A stretch of 25,305 bases of DNA from Candidatus Omnitrophota bacterium (GTDB lineage Bacteria > Omnitrophota > JAUWXU01), in NCBI GenBank assembly GCA_030616145.1, contig JAUWXU010000001.1, positions 1-25,305 of the forward strand, given 5' to 3'. Numbering within the stretch: the stretch's first letter is position 1; each line of letters opens with the position of its first letter. Of the stretch, positions 24,046 through 25,305 are shown piece by piece. The notes beneath the pieces are model-generated. The model worked only from the letters and a program-made list of their open reading frames with translations, made no database searches and was not told the origin of the DNA. A program made the translations under genes and the position numbers.

Positions 24046-24153
24046 ATAAGCACGGATTATAGCGTACGGATGCGCGTTGGACCAAGATTTTCATCTACAA
24101 GGTCTACCGATAATTAACGCAACAGATTAACCAGCTAACCATTTTTACCGGCC

Positions 24154-25305
24154 ATGATGACAAAAAATGAATTAATGGAGATAAAGCTTAAAAAGGTGGA
24201 ACTTATTAAAAAGGCCGGGGTTTATCCCTATGGTGCAAGGTATCTAAGGTCTCACCGGATAAAAGAGGTACTCGAACAGTTCAAGCAGGATTTAGAGGTC
24301 AATCTGGCCGGTCGGATTATGGCCTTGAGGCGCCACGGCAAAACAGTATTTTTTGACATCAAGGATGAGACAGCAAAGATTCAGGCCTACATTAATATTG
24401 CTGAGTTGGAGGAAGGGAAGCGGAATCTCTTTAATAATATAGACATAGGGGATTTTGTCGGCCTTAAGGGGGTGCTTTTTAAGACCAAAACAGGTGAGAC
24501 AACAGTCAGGGTTGCTGAATTTACCATCCTTAGTAAATGTCTAAGAATTCTGCCTGAAAAGTGGCATGGGCTCAAGGATGTGGAGACCAGATATCGTCAG
24601 CGTTATGTGGATTTAATAGTAAACGATGAGGTAAAAAGGGTATTTTTGCTCCGCAGCCGCGTATTAAAAGAAATCAGAAATTTTCTTAACTTACGTGGTT
24701 ATCTGGAGGTTGAAACTCCGATGATGCAACCTATTCCGGGCGGAGCTGCGGGTAGACCGTTCAAGACCCATTCTAATGTATTAGATACTGATTTTTATTT
24801 AAGGGTAGCTCCCGAGTTATATCTTAAGAGATTAATAGTGGGGGGTTTTGAAAAGATTTACGAAGTCAATAAATGCTTTCGCAACGAGGGGCTTTCTACC
24901 CGGCATAATCCAGAGTTTACTATGCTGGAGGTTTATCAGGCCTATGCTGATTATGAAGATATGATGAATTTGACCGAGGAACTCATTACCTTTTTAGCCA
25001 GGGAGATTTTGGGAAAGGTGAAATTTGATTTTCAGGGAAACAGCATAGATCTTTCCAGTTGGAAAAGGATTTCTTTTAGTACGTTGATGAAAGAGGCCTA
25101 CGATATAAATCCCCAGGAGAATATCGAACAATGGATTAAAAAACTTGCCAGAGGCGGTGTTGAGATAGAGGCAAAGAATATCAGCCGGTCCCAGATTTTA
25201 AACATAATCGCTGAACTGATTGAGCCAAAATCCCACGGCACGCCGACGTTTGTTGTGGACCTATTTAGTGAATTGTGCCCCCTGGCCAAGAGAAAGCCGG
25301 ATAAT
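24154..25305 (+). CDS. lysS: Lysine--tRNA ligase (class II), 3'-truncated by the window edge; absent from the ORF track
   Basis: Open for 384 codons from ATG 24154 (or 24157) to the window end. It has AGRIMALRRHGK, LPEKWHGLKDVETRYRQRYVDL, EVETPMM, YLRVAPELYLKRLIVGG and FRNEGLSTRHNPEFTMLE. Confidence 0.97.
   Translation, partial: MMTKNELMEIKLKKVELIKKAGVYPYGARYLRSHRIKEVLEQFKQDLEVNLAGRIMALRRHGKTVFFDIKDETAKIQAYINIAELEEGKRNLFNNIDIGDFVGLKGVLFKTKTGETTVRVAEFTILSKCLRILPEKWHGLKDVETRYRQRYVDLIVNDEVKRVFLLRSRVLKEIRNFLNLRGYLEVETPMMQPIPGGAAGRPFKTHSNVLDTDFYLRVAPELYLKRLIVGGFEKIYEVNKCFRNEGLSTRHNPEFTMLEVYQAYADYEDMMNLTEELITFLAREILGKVKFDFQGNSIDLSSWKRISFSTLMKEAYDINPQENIEQWIKKLARGGVEIEAKNISRSQILNIIAELIEPKSHGTPTFVVDLFSELCPLAKRKPDN

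Noticed and set aside
24040-24153. tRNA or T-box between lnt and lysS
   Set aside because: There is no cloverleaf, no GTTCRA T-loop and no T-box consensus or terminator/antiterminator pair.
111-25289. Minus-strand and alternative-frame ORFs overlapping core genes (for example 111-320, 8276-8593, 9193-9591, 17641-18138, 19042-19635, 21445-21756, 25098-25289, and + strand 4344-4535, 10510-10746)
   Set aside because: They are shadows of well-supported genes, with no motifs, RBS or operon logic. Only rpsT is supported on the minus strand.

Overview
A 25.3-kb stretch of diderm bacterial chromosome, read almost entirely on the + strand. Gene content and protein style suggest the PVC group, possibly Ca. 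Omnitrophota; this is inference and was not checked. The core genes in order are: leuS (5' cut by the window edge), an ExeA-like ATPase, a GspB-like protein, comEA, comEC, bamD, lptE, holA, rpsT (minus strand), murJ, uvrC, ogt, prfB (+1 programmed frameshift), secA, dtd, htpX, a 52-aa ORF missed by the ORF track, an endonuclease III-like gene, lnt and lysS (3' cut by the window edge). Three things are not explained by this gene list. (1) A 959-bp cassette sits at the comEA/comEC junction. It is bounded by a 78-bp direct repeat (73/78 identical) that duplicates the comEA stop and the comEC start, and it carries a secreted transglutaminase-like cysteine protease behind a possible response-regulator box. 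(2) An AT-rich glycosylation islet lies between uvrC and ogt, with a TPR/GT-C membrane transferase, a GT9 and a radical SAM gene cut off at a nested palindrome. (3) Short-period (mostly 7-nt) tandem repeats and 15-31-nt REP-like hairpins occur in most spacers and also in frame inside leuS and comEA. No rRNA, tRNA, CRISPR array, integrase or transposase was found. All calls are by eye from motifs; no searches were run.
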